Both the position numbers and the translations under genes were made by a program. Source: Octopus vulgaris (Eukaryota). Taken from it: a DNA stretch of 64,000 nt. The stretch is taken from the NCBI GenBank assembly GCA_951406725.2, contig OX597815.1, positions 46,810,001 to 46,874,000 of the forward strand. The letters are read 5' to 3'. The notes beneath the pieces are model-generated. The model saw nothing but the letters and a program-made list of their open reading frames with translations, was not told where the DNA came from and searched no databases. This document shows positions 13,659 to 27,353 of the stretch, one piece after another (the stretch's first letter is position 1; every line of letters begins with the position of its first letter).

Positions 13659-14098
13659 GTATGATAGATCGCTAGCATGAATTATTTTCTCCCCTTGATT
13701 CTTTCTGTGTTCCTTTCTGTTGATGAGCGTAGGCTCGAAACGTTAAAGACTTTTTCACTTCACGAGCATAAAACTAATACATCTGTTTGTTGTCTTCACC
13801 ACCTGTCTCCGTCGTTTTTTTTTTAATTCTTCCTACGCGCATATATATATATATGGTCCGTTCCATGCTGTTTTTACGTTTTCGTTTCTCGTTGAGTTCT
13901 ACGTCTATTTGTGGTGTCCTGTACACACGTATATATATTTATATATGCATGTATATATACATGTAGATGTAGGTACGTACATATATGTTTGTATGTATGC
14001 ATATATTTTATTTATTACACTATTGTATGACTGAGCGCCTTCGCGTCGATTCGATTCGTTTGGTTTCGTTTCGTTTCTTCTTCTTCTCTAAGCTGGTT

Positions 14099-14132
<34 letters not shown>

Positions 14133-14159
14133 TGGCACATAGTATATATATATATACAA

Positions 14160-14254
<95 letters not shown>

Positions 14255-14256
<2 letters not shown>

Positions 14257-14580
14257 CACGTAGTCCAGTGGTTAGAGTGTCGGGCTCACAATCATGAGGT
14301 AATGAGTTCGATTAACGGGCCGGGCTGTGTGTGCTCTTTATTTCATGTTGGTCCAGTTTCACTCAACTCTTGAAATTAGTTGCGACGTCACGTCACTGGT
14401 GCCATGCTGTATCGGCTTTTTCTTCCCCCTTTGATAACATCGATAGCCTGGAGAAAGGAGGCTGGTATGCATAAGCAGCTGCTGGTCTTCCATTAATAAC
14501 TTTGCCTGGACTTGTTCCTCGGAAGGGAACTTTGTACGTGCAATCCCATGGTCATTCATGACCGAAGGGGTCTTTACCCA
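14255..14580 (+). mobile_element. tRNA-derived SINE (family D-related)
   Basis: A-box TAGTCCAGTGG and B-box GAGTTCGATT followed by a body ending TCATGACCGAAGGGG. Confidence 0.6.
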
Positions 14581-14873
14581 TTGTATTTTGGATTAGACTT
14601 TGCCAATGTTTTAGTCCAATGCAGGACGAAGATCTCAGCATTTTCTCTCCAGCAACCACGGTCTGATATGTAGACCGTGGATCTGAATCCTGGTTTGATA
14701 AGCCTACTCTGCTAGACTGGCTAAACATCACTTGGCAGATGATATATAAATATGTGTGCGCGTGTGTGTGCGTGTGTATGCATATATGTTCATGTGTGTG
14801 TATATACACACACACACACACACATATATATATAAATCTAAATCTATGTATGTATGTGTATATATATATATAC

Positions 14874-14967
<94 letters not shown>

Positions 14968-15086
14968 TAACAATTGAGGATAAAATCTTTAAAAGAAATT
15001 ATCAGTAGTCAGCGTGAAAAACCTCGTAAGAGAAAAAAATCCGTAAATTCTTCCTCTTTGAAAATATTCATTTATATTTACCCTCA

Positions 15087-15134
<48 letters not shown>

Positions 15135-15250
15135 ACCGAAAGGCAACAAGTGTAGTCATATATTTATATATAAAATACAGTGTATATTTAAACACATAAG
15201 GGGTGGCCATCGTAGGAATCCCTTACGCTCGAAGGAATACCTACATACAT

Positions 15251-15305
<55 letters not shown>

Positions 15306-15324
15306 CACGCAAATATATATACAA

Positions 15325-15373
<49 letters not shown>

Positions 15374-15374
15374 A

Positions 15375-15408
<34 letters not shown>

Positions 15409-16005
15409 GGATATGCACATACTCATAGACACACACACGCACACAAACATATATAATTATATATATTTATGAGCGTATGTATGAATGTATGTATGTATGT
15501 ATGTATGTGTATGTGTGTGTGTGTGTGTGTAACAAAGAGAAATTGAGAGAGAGATAGAAAGAAAGAATTAATGTATTCTGTAATTAACCCGCCTTGTAGG
15601 TTTTGATTTCTCTATCAAGGTTATGAGTTATTTATGTCTTAAAACACCAACCAGCCAGTAAATATGTACACACACCTACATACACATACATTCACAGACT
15701 CATACAGACATACATATGCATACGTGCACAGGTATACCTATGAGACATATAAGTACATACCCAGGATTTTGTACTTACATACGCACACTCTTAGATACAC
15801 ATACGTGCAAAGAAAAATTGGAGATTATCTAATGACAATAGTGCTGAACTCATTAACACAGCTAATTACCATAGCTGATACCCCCAGACACAACTCAAAT
15901 ACACCTAATTTGCCTGTTGCCAAGAAAAATTATGCATTTTTATTAGTGCTGCTATTTGCATAGGTTTTATAATTTTTTTCACTGTGAGTGTGAGTGAAGA
16001 ATTGC

Positions 16006-16092
<87 letters not shown>

Positions 16093-16514
16093 TACATATA
16101 TACAAACATTCATACATGAAGACTGCAGACTCGTGTTCGAGTATTGCTATCGCCTGATCGAAAGGCCCACACATGCGAAGGCAACGAGCAGCCATTTTTG
16201 TGATAGGCCTTACTTTTTTTCAAGCGATGCTTGTGGACAACGATTTTTTTTTTATAGTGGGAAAAGGATTTGCACAATTCCAGTCCAAATCTCTGAACAT
16301 GGACAACATAAACTCGAAAAGAAGAACTAGTCTACATCATCGTATATTGTCCGTGTCGCAGGTTTTCTCTGAGTTTCCCTCTCCTAGAGAGATGTTGTGA
16401 CAATAAAAGTGAGCATTGTACAATAGTCTAGAGCAGGCCTGGCCAGCTCAAATTACATTGCGGGCAACTTTAATCACAGGAAGTATTTTGAGAGTCGCTT
16501 GTATATGTTATGCG

Positions 16515-16580
<66 letters not shown>

Positions 16581-16594
16581 GGAAGCATACTTAC

Positions 16595-16626
<32 letters not shown>

Positions 16627-16631
<5 letters not shown>

Positions 16632-17101
16632 CAAAATATGCAACAAGTATATCTAAGGTAATGTGGTACAATCGTTTCATGCTACTTCATTTTATTAAAC
16701 ACTGTATGTATTACATCAGTTTTAAAATGTCGAGCAATCTTCAGCCACTTATAGAAATTTTCCAATCAAACGGACAATGCACATTCTTATTTTTATTTCG
16801 TTTGCCAACATTATAAAGAAGGTAGATATACAAACAGAGAGGTTGATTTCATTCTTAAGAATGAAATCAACCTCTTAAGAATGAAATCAACCTCTCTGTT
16901 TGTATATCTATCCTCTTTATAACGTTGGCAAGCGAAATAGAGATAAGAATGTGGATTGTCCGTTTGATTGGAAAATTTCTATATGTGGCTGAAGATTGCT
17001 CGACATTTTAAAACTGATGTAATACATACAGTGTTTAATAAAATGAAGTAGCATGAAACGATTGTACCACATTACCTCAGATATACTTGTTGCATATTTT
17101 G

Positions 17102-17106
<5 letters not shown>
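16627..17106. mobile_element. Fold-back (palindromic) Penelope-like relic in (TA)n, with two hammerhead motifs
   Basis: Arms of ~230 bp centred on CTTAAG at 16854-16859, plus a 20-bp duplication; hammerhead at 16983-17072 (+) and its mirror at ~16661-16750 (-). Confidence 0.8.
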
Positions 17107-17169
<63 letters not shown>

Positions 17170-17242
17170 ATGAAAATAATTGTATACAGTGCTCAAGTGC
17201 ACCAAAATTAAGAAAAGAAACATAAAAAAAGTAAAGCAAAAA

Positions 17243-18246
17243 TCTCCATCAGGTGTAATGTTGGCGGATTTCAGGAACCATGGAAGTGTTGAAGGATGTA
17301 GTTTCTTGACAGCTAACAACTGATGCGGGTAGTTTATTCCATACTTCAACAAATCTGAGCAATTGCAGAGAGTTTTGCCATAAGTCATTTGTTGTGGTAT
17401 AGAACTGAAAGCTTTAGCAAAATCAAAGTATATAACATCCACCAATGAACTGCCATCAGTAACTCGGGTGATGTTCTCAAGAAACTCGATGAGTTGGCTA
17501 CAGTAGCTGGAGTTAGGGATAAGTCCAAATTGTAAGAGTTGAATAAGGCTGTGAGAGCTCCAAAAGTTCCGGAGTGTTTCTCTGACACAGGACTTAATCA
17601 GTTTGGCAACGCAGCTAGTAAGACTGACTAGACGTTGGTTGACAGGTGATGTATGAACTTTTTTGAGCAGAGGAAAGACACTGGAAATTTTCCTGTGCTC
17701 TGGAGTGACGCAGTTGTTAAGACAGAATTGAAAGAAGAATGAAATCTGGTGCAAAGGAAAGAACCTGCCACGTTTGAGGAGCAAATAAGTAATACCATCA
17801 TGACCAGGAGAAGCATAGTTGCGCTTATTCTTGAGGTGATGTCGCAGCATTGTGGGTGTGAATTTACAGATGTTATGGAATTGATGTCAGAGTTGGTGAA
17901 GAAGGTACATTTGAATTTTTTACCACAAAAATGCCAGCATAGCATTGAGCAATAAGCTCAGCACATTCCTTGGGGTCACCAGTGATCCGATCTGTGTGAA
18001 GATTGTAAAGAGAGCCAACTGGAGAGTAAGGTCTCTGTCTCGAACGTTCATATTTCCAGAACACTTTGCAGTCAAAGCTGGTCGCTTTACCTTCTTCAAC
18101 GTCAAGCACTGCTTTTTTTTTGTCCCTTTACATGGTTGGATGATCTATTGTGTCCTCTTCTCATCTGTTCTATGCTGTCTGTATTATTTCTGTTCAACAT
18201 CACGACAATCTTTCCTGACAAGTCGAACTGCTGCAGTCTCTCCAAA
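17243..18246 (-). mobile_element. Degenerate CR1/L2-type LINE RT fragment
   Basis: ASPGHDGI, VSLTSCVAKL and VDVIYFDFAKAF motifs in ORF 17158-17850; frameshifted upstream part (DPKECAELI). Confidence 0.8.
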
Positions 18247-18918
18247 TTGCACATATATATGTTAGATGCATAATTATGCCACCATGTGTAATATCAGAAA
18301 ATATTACATAAAATAATTATTATATAATTTTCATTAATTACATTGGGACTTGTAGAAAATGATGAAATGAATACTAATTTTTATTACATTCATAAACTTA
18401 GGTAATATTTCTTAACTTAATCTTAAAAGAATGAAAACAACATTAAAAAAAACGGAAAACTAATACTCTCCATGTTGATTTTGTATTATCCAAGTGCGCT
18501 CTCTCTCTCTCTCTCTCTCTCACGAACACACACAAACACACATCTCTCTCTCTCTCGCTTTCTCTCTCTCACACACATACTCCCTATCATTCTCCTTCTC
18601 TCAACATCTTTGTGTGTGTATGTAGACTTCATTTACTCATTGCCTACCACCAAACTTCGTGCGTGCATACATCCTATGCCTCTTATGTTATAATGTTAAC
18701 TTTCTATGTCTCTGAACATTTTCTCCACCTCGCTCTACACAATGCAAAGAATTTTCTCTAGAAAGCCAAGAGGAAAAGATGTTTTATAAACACATTCTAC
18801 CAGTATACGAAGTTTAAAAGTGTTTAGTTACATAGAAATTATTTTAAAAAAACTGCCGTTCAAACCGAAAAGATTCGCAACTTTCTTTTAAACAGCCAGT
18901 TGTGAGATTGTGTGCATA

Positions 18919-18960
<42 letters not shown>

Positions 18961-20014
18961 CGTTGTGTGCATGTACGTATGAATGTGGTTGTGTGACTTC
19001 TTCGAGCTGCTTGTCCCCGCCACGAGCTGACAACAAGCGTTGGTTTACTTACGTCTCTGTGACTTCGCGGTTTAGCATAAAGGGATGGATAGAATAAGTA
19101 CGAGACTTAAAAATAAATGCTGGGATCAAATTGTTCAAACTAACACTTTTCAAGGCGGTACATCAACACTGTCGCAATCCAATGACAAGAAAAAAGCAAA
19201 AGATATTAAAGGGTAAAAGAGTCACTGACACTTCTACGAGTGCCCTCAAACCACGTACACACACACACACACACATTTGCAAACTGAATAATCCTACTCT
19301 CACTTTGCCACTTCAGTAGCCTCTCTCTCTGCCCTTCATCCGCTGTCATTGTTTTTTTGTTTATTATTTCTCCCCGTGTATCTGAAAGCCAGCTGTAATA
19401 TGAATCATTTCGTGAAACTAGAAGCAAAGGTCAGAATCTTTCTTCCTCGTTGTTGACATTCACCCAGCTGCGATACCCGTCCTGGATTCTACAGCCTCAC
19501 GGGGTTAATTATCTTTGCTGTACGTTCTCCTTCTTACGGTTATAGTTGTTTAACACCCGGTTACACCTAGTAAAGAAGATCTATGATCAAAATATATCCC
19601 GTATTGACCATCCCATCTGTTTTTGTCCCCTTCAAGCTGCGTACTGTACTGTTTTCTTTTTCACATATTTTTACAAATTTTCTTTTTGTTTTGTTTCCCG
19701 AAGACAGGAGGCTATGATTTTAGAGAGATTGGGGTAGCTATAATCCCTCGGTGCGAGAGCAACCACGTAAAGGTTCTCTATTGGAACGTTTGTACATCTT
19801 TTAATTGTTTCAGTTATTAGACTGCGGCCATGCTGGGGCTCCACATTGAAGAATTTTAACCGAACGAATCGACACCAGTAATTTTTACGTTAGCGTGCCA
19901 TTCAGAAAATCCCGGGTGCCGCATGTTTTCCCATGTCTGACATATTCTATCCCCTTCTGTTATATTTCTTTGCATCTTCAGGCAGTTGTTAATGTTGTTG
20001 GTCTTCTTCTTACT

Positions 20015-20229
20015 GATTTCAAATTTTGTCACAAAGCCAGCCAGTAATTTCGTCGGCGAGGGTGAGTCGATTTCATCGACGCCAGTGTTGAACTGGTACT
20101 TATTTCATCGACCCCGAAATGGTGAAAGGCAAAGTCAACTGCGGTGGAATTTGAACTCAGAACGTATAGACAGAAGAAATGCCGCTAAGCATTTTGCCTG
20201 ACATGCTAACGATTCTGCAAACTCGCCGC

Positions 20230-20276
<47 letters not shown>

Positions 20277-20850
20277 TCCTTTCTACTGGAGGCACAAGGC
20301 CTCAGATTTGTGCGGCGTGGGGGACTAGTCGATTATGTCGACTCCAACGTTTTACTAGTACTTAATATATCGACACCGAAAGAATGAAAGGCAACGTCGA
20401 CCTCTGTGGAATTTGAACTCAGAACATATAGACAGACGAAAAGCCGCTAAGCAATTTTTCCTGGCATGCTAACAATTCTTTTCTTTTGTACTCTAGATCG
20501 ACGACAGTACGAAACTGGTATTTAATTTATCGACCCCGAAAGAATGAAAGGCGAAATACCTATTTCTTTATTACCCACAAGGGGCTAAACATAGAGGGGA
20601 CAAACAAGGACAGACATAGGTATTAAGTTGATTACATCGACCCCAGTGCATAACTAGTACTTAATTTATCGACCCCGAAAGGATGAAAGGCAAAGTCGAC
20701 CTCAGCGGAATTTGAACTCACACGAAATACCGTTAAGCATTTCGCCCGGCTTGCTAACGTCTCTGCCAGCTCGCCGCCTTTGAAAGGCGAAATACCGCTA
20801 AGTATTTTCATCCAGCGTGCTACCGATTCTGCCAGCTCACCGTCTCGGTG
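20015..20850 (-). mobile_element. Cluster of nested family-A SINEs
   Basis: Repeated CGACCCCGAAA..ATGAAAGGC and GAATTTGAACTC; the youngest copy, 20561-20780, has a 16-bp TSD TGAAAGGCGAAATACC (20545-20560 / 20781-20796). Confidence 0.85.
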
Positions 20851-21174
20851 TTGTCCTTATTGTTGTTGCTTTGCCATAGGCTCATCATCAGGCGGACAGC
20901 ACTACTAAAAGAATTCAAGGTAATATTTCAGTAGCTTGCCATTCAGAAAATCCCAGAGGCCGCAATTTTCCAATGACTGACGTATAATTTCCCTCCCTTG
21001 TACCCTCATTATGCTTCTTTGTAGCTTCAGATAGTCGTTAGTGTTGTTGGAGTAGCCGTTGCTGCTGTTTCTTTGCCCTAGGTTCAGCAATGATCCACGA
21101 AAAATGAAATGAGTTCCAAAACCTGTTCATGCCGTCAGTTTTTTTTAAAATATATTTTATATATATAAATCAGG

Positions 21175-21607
21175 AGGCGCAGGAGTGGCTGTGTGGTAAG
21201 TAGCTTGCTAACCAACCACATGGTTCCGGGTTCAGTCCCACTGCGTGGCATCTTGGGCAAGTGTCTTCTACTATAGCCCCGGGCCGACCAATGCCTTGTG
21301 AGTGGATTTGGTAGACGAAAACTGAAAGAAGCCTGTCATATATATGTATATATATATATATGTATATATGCGTGTGTGTGTTTGTGTGTCTGTGTTTGTT
21401 CCCCTAGCATTGCTTGACAACCGATGCTGGTGTGTTTATGTCCCCGTTTCTTAGCGGTTCGGCAAAAAGAGACCGATAGAATAAGTACTGGGCTTACAAA
21501 AAAAAAAAAAAGAATAAGTCCCGGGGTCGAGTTGCTCGACTAAAGGCGGTGCTCCAGCATGGCCGCAGTCAAATGACTGAAACAAGTAAAAGAGTAAAGA
21601 GTAAGAG
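21175..21607 (+). mobile_element. Full-length SINE family B with a 9-bp TSD
   Basis: Head to (GAGTAAA)n tail; TAAATCAGG at 21166-21174 and 21608-21616. Confidence 0.9.
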
Positions 21608-22079
21608 TAAATCAGGTCATACAATATAGTGTCCAAAATTGTAGGATAAGAATTCAAGGGAAAATTTAACTTCTGTTCGATGTGGGTGAAGCGGTTACAT
21701 ATACTATTTCATTCACTCACTACTCACTAGCTTGTTTTCCTTTCTTGTTGACTTTTGGCCAGCTGAAGCGTCTGCAGTGGATTCCACAGCCTCACGGGAC
21801 TAATTACTTTATCTGTGTTTCTTCAGGTGTTTTATATTTGTGTCAGTACTATGTTGTGCCAGTGCTATTTCTTTACTTTATTCACACACACACACACACA
21901 CACAAACACAAACACACACACACGCACACACATACACACTTACACACACATACACACTTACACACACACACGCACACACACTTAATTTGCTAAATGTACA
22001 ACTATAACACGAATCCTGTCAAAATATTATAACGACTTCTGCGTATGTTTTTTTTTCGTAGAAGGATTTGACCGCATGT

Positions 22080-22139
<60 letters not shown>

Positions 22140-22212
22140 ACATATATATATATACATACGTACATACATACATACATGCATAAATATATATATATTTGTG
22201 TGTGTGCGTATA

Positions 22213-23845
22213 CCTTTTATCTCTTACTTGTGTTAGTTATTAAACTGTGACCATGCTGGGGCACCACCTTGAAAATTTTTCGTCGAACGAATCGACCGCA
22301 TTATTTACACGTATTTTAAAGCCTGGTACTTATTCTATCGGACTCTTATGCAAAACTATAAAGTTACGGAGACGTAAACATACCAACATCGTTTGTCAAG
22401 TAGTGGTGAGGGACAAACAGAAACACAGACACAAACACACACACACTCACTCACCCCCCACACATATATACAAGGGTTAGATAAAATAATGGAAACACCT
22501 TAAAATTTCGAACAAATTTATTTTAATACGGGATAGGAGTTTACGAGATATGAACTCGTAAAAGTTTGAACTGTTTCCAAAGGAATTTTTGTCCATTCTT
22601 CAGCTAAAACGGTCTCCAGTTCTTGTAGTGATGATGGTGGAGGATATCGACTGCTTATTTGTTTTTCTAAAATGCACCATAAATGTTCAATAATATTGAG
22701 ATCTGGGGACTGTGGTGGCCAGATAAGATGTTCAGCTTCACTAGAATGTTCCTCGTGTCATTCAGTAACAACTTTGGCTGTGTGAATTGGTGTATTATCA
22801 TACTGAAAGATTGCGTTTCCTTCCAGAAACAGTTCCACATGAATTTGCTCAGATATAATGCTTAAATAGTCTTGACTATTAATTTTGCCATGAAGGGAAA
22901 CCATTGGACCGGCGGATCTCCAAAATATAGCTCCCCAGATCATTACAGATCCTCCTCCATGTTTAACAGTTGGAAGAAGGCAGTCTGGATTAAATGCTTC
23001 TTTTGGCTGTCTCCACACATATACTCGACCGGTGGTCGGAAATAAGGTAAAGGATGTCTCGTCCGAGCAAATAATATTCTTCCACTGCTCTAGGGGACCA
23101 ATTCTGTAGGTTTTTACTCTACTCTAAATGCTTTGCAACGTTTGATTTTGAAAGTAGTGGTTTTCTGATTGTAGCCCCCCGTGAAATCCGGCTTTGTGCA
23201 GCTACAAGCAAACGATTTTTGTGGAAACTGGGTTCTCGAGGTGGTCATTAAGATCTGCAGTAGTTTTGGGAGCTATACTTTTGTGATCCCTTCTAACAAT
23301 TCGCATAAGAGTCCGACGGTCCCTATATGAAAGTCTTGTTTTTCTTCCGGAGTTTTGTTACGATGAGGAAGGTTGTCATTACTTTCGAGACAGTACTTCT
23401 TGATACACCAAACATTTCGGCTGTTTTCGTTACGCTAGCGCCTGCCATACGAGCACCAACAATTTGACCTCTTTGAAAGTCTGATAGATCTGTCATTTTA
23501 ATGAATTTTAATTACCTTCTTCTGATGATATCTGAAAAGAAGCAGCAATTTTAGTAAAACATATTAAGCAACACTAATAATAAACCAAAAACAAAAATAC
23601 ACAAGCTTTTGACGGTTTTATTAGTATTTCAAAATTATGAAGCTATGATGCTAGGTGCTTTCATTATTTTGTCCAACCTCTGTATATATGCGGCGGGCTT
23701 CTTTCAATTTCAGCCTACCAAATCCGCTCATAAGGCTATGGGACACTGTAAGCTATAGAAGACACTTGTCCATGGTGCCACGCAGTGGGTCTGAATCCAG
23801 AACCATTTGATTGGAAAGCAAATTTCTTACCACGCAACCACACCT
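22213..23845 (-). mobile_element. SINE family B split by a Tc1 insertion
   Basis: Tail half at ~22213-22470 and head half at ~23685-23845, on either side of the transposon. Confidence 0.7.
22471..23682 (-). mobile_element. Full-length Tc1-like DNA transposon (DD36E), inactivated
   Basis: TA flanks; TIRs CAAGGGTTAGATAAAATAATGGAAACACC / GGTGCTTTCATTATTTTGTCCAACCTCTG; transposase ~23496 to 22523: MTDLSDFQRGQIVGARMAGASVTKTA..., SDET, TVKHGGGSVMIWG, FQYDNTPIH, WPPQSPDLNIIE; contains stops and frameshifts. Confidence 0.92.
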
Positions 23846-24650
23846 GTTTGTGAGTGCGCGCGTGTGTATACTTTATTTCTTTGGTCTGCTTTAGTTACCA
23901 CCGCTAAAGTGTTGCTGGACCACCGACTTACAGGCATACACGCACTTGTGTATGTGTCCAAAGTAAGTTAGATTACAAAATACCTGTCTTTCAAGGCTTA
24001 AAACTTTATTGTTTTGGCCTTATGGGCTTTTAGAGATTTCACCAGAAAACCTTTTGAAATAGGAATGGTGACGAAATCTCAGTTGCGAGGATTAGTTTAA
24101 TCAACCTTGCTTAACGTAGCAGTTCGAGCTATTTGAAAGAGCTTCTAAATCTCGCTCGCAAGAATTTCTGTAATGAATAACGCCGTCTTAGATACGCTAT
24201 GTTTTCTACAATAAATATGAAAGAAGAAAATGTTATGTTATACCTGGCAGGTTTTTGAAAATAGCTCTGCTGGATTAGAGCATTCCGAGGAATAAAATAA
24301 AAAAAGCGACTGTATCATTCTATTGATTGCGTTTTCGTACCAGGATTATAGACACTTTTTAAAAAAATATATATTCTGGTCCTGCATAAGCCCGGTATAT
24401 TTCTGTTTTCATTTTCAATTTCTTTTACTTCCTTCAGTGACTGTGGCCATGCTGGTGTACCACCTTGAAGAATTTTTAGTCGAATGATTCGACCCGGGTA
24501 ACTATGCCCTTTTTTTTTTGAGCCTGTTACTTATTCTATCGGTTCCTTTCCCGCACCTCTAAATGACGGGAATATAAACACTCCAGCGCCGGTTGTCAAG
24601 CGGTGGTGGAGGGCAAAGACAGACATAAAGACACACAGGCACACATGCAC

Positions 24651-24705
<55 letters not shown>

Positions 24706-24717
24706 CATCTGTATATA

Positions 24718-24918
24718 CGAGGTGAGTGAAAAATTCCTGACTTTAAGGTTACCGCGAAAAGCCTTGCTGGAGGCTCAAATTACGGAGTTCTTTTACAGAG
24801 TTTAAAAATAGTGAAGGACTGCTGCAATAAGTGTTCGGATCTGAGAGGGAAATATGTTAAATAAAGTCATGTATTTTCTTTTGCCAGGAGCCAGCCAGCA
24901 ACTTTTCAACACCCCTCT
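24718..24918. mobile_element. Mariner-type MITE
   Basis: TA-flanked degenerate TIRs CGAGGTGAGTGAAAAATTCC / AACTTTTCAACACCCCTCT. Confidence 0.6.
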
Positions 24919-24921
24919 TAT

Positions 24922-25094
24922 ATGACTGCGGCCATGATGGAGTACAACCTTTAGTCCAACAAATCGATCCTTGGACATATTCTTCGTAAGCTTAGTATTT
25001 ATTCTATCGATCTCTTTAGCCGAAAACCGCTAAGTTACGGGGACGTAAACACACGAAAATCGGTTGTCAAGCGATGGTGGTGGGACAAACACAG

Positions 25095-25162
<68 letters not shown>

Positions 25163-25314
25163 GACGAGATTCTTTCAGTTTCCGTCTACCAAATCCACTC
25201 AGAGGGCTTTGGTCTGCCCGAGGCTATTGTAGAAGACACTTGCCATACAGTGGGACTGAACCCGGTATCATGTAGTTCGGAAGCAAGCTTCTTACTACGC
25301 AGCCACTCCTGCGC

Positions 25315-25316
<2 letters not shown>
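24922..25316 (-). mobile_element. SINE family B
   Basis: Ends CAGCCACTCCTGCGCC, the reverse complement of the head. Confidence 0.8.
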
Positions 25317-25355
<39 letters not shown>

Positions 25356-25356
25356 C

Positions 25357-25575
<219 letters not shown>

Positions 25576-26078
25576 CACACACACACACACACACACACGA
25601 AAGAACCTTAGGAGTTCCCTCTCTTTACCTCGTCAAATAACATATCTGACTAAGTTCAGTGCAAATGAATTATATCTGTCAATAATTAGAGTAATTATTC
25701 ACGGAAAGACGTTTATTTGAAGACATCACTTCATATAAATTATCTGGAAGATGTTTTAATTAATAACTAGGGATCCGTGACGTTCTTTTCTTTACCATAG
25801 AACAATATATTTGTACTCGTGTATACACATAGACGTATCGTCAATCATACATGTACAGCTACTTACAAACATAGACGCATATAGACATACACATACATAT
25901 AACAGCATATGCAGCGTGTATAGACACACACACACACAGACACAGACACAGACACAGACACACAAACACACACACACACATACACATATATATGCATTAT
26001 ATATATATTTACATATGTATGTATGTATATGTATATACAATATAGATATACATACAAACACACACACACACACACACA

Positions 26079-26141
<63 letters not shown>

Positions 26142-26149
26142 TATGTGTG

Positions 26150-26191
<42 letters not shown>

Positions 26192-26598
26192 TTATCAAGA
26201 AAGCGAGGTAGACAAAGTAGGAATGGAGACCAAAATGTCACAACAACACCATTTCACCCCGCAATCAGTGTCGGATATAAAGGTCGATCACTTGAGATAT
26301 ATATTTTTGTATATATATTAAAGTGTCACACGACATTTAACTTCCAGAAAGCAGAAAAAAGTGCTGGATACCTGACTCCTTTGAGGAATCTCTTTAGCAG
26401 TACTAACTGTTCATTCTGAAATATGACATTGTAAATTGTACGGCTTTGCTGTTTTTCTTTTTTTTTTGCCGTTGTTTAGTTCCTAAGTAACACTAATCAC
26501 ACACACACAGAGGGTGTGTATTTGCTCGTACGTGCATGTCAATGATGTGCAAGTCAATGTTTGTTTGTTTGTGTGTGTATGTATGTATGTATGAATAA

Positions 26599-26661
<63 letters not shown>

Positions 26662-26902
26662 TATGTGTGTGTGTGTGTGTATGTATGTATGTGTGTGTGT
26701 ATGTGTATGTTTGTTTGTTTGTGTGTGTATGTATGTATGTATGTATGTATGTATGAATAAATGTGTGAATGTATGTATGTGTATGTATGTATGTATGTGT
26801 GTGTGAATGTACGCGTGTGTGCATGGGGTTTCCTCTGTGTGTATATGTGTGTGTGCGTGTGTGTGTGTGTGTGTGTGTGCGCGTGTATATATATATACAC
26901 GC

Positions 26903-27064
26903 TGGAGTGGCTGTGTGGTAATTAGCTTGCTTACGAACGATATGGTTTCGGATTCAGTCCCACTGCGTGGCACCTTGGGCAAGTGTCTTCTACTATAGCC
27001 TCGGGCCGACCAAAGCCTTGTGAGTGGATTTGGTAGACGGAAACTGAAAGAAGCCCGTCGTATA

Positions 27065-27104
<40 letters not shown>

Positions 27105-27353
27105 CATACATGTATGTGTGTGTATGTGTGTGTTTGTTTGTGTGTCTGTGTTTGTCTCCTCCCCCCCAACATCGCTTGACAACCGATGCTGGTGTGTTTA
27201 CGTACCCGTAACTTAGCGGTTCTGTAAAAGAGACCGATAGAATAAGTACTAGGCTTACAAAAAATAAGTCCTGGGGTCGTTTTGCTCGACTAAAAGGCGG
27301 TGCTCCAGCATGGCCGCTGTCAAATGACTGAAACAAGTAAAAGAGTAAAAGAG
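26903..27353 (+). mobile_element. SINE family B, near consensus
   Basis: Complete head, body and tail. Confidence 0.9.
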
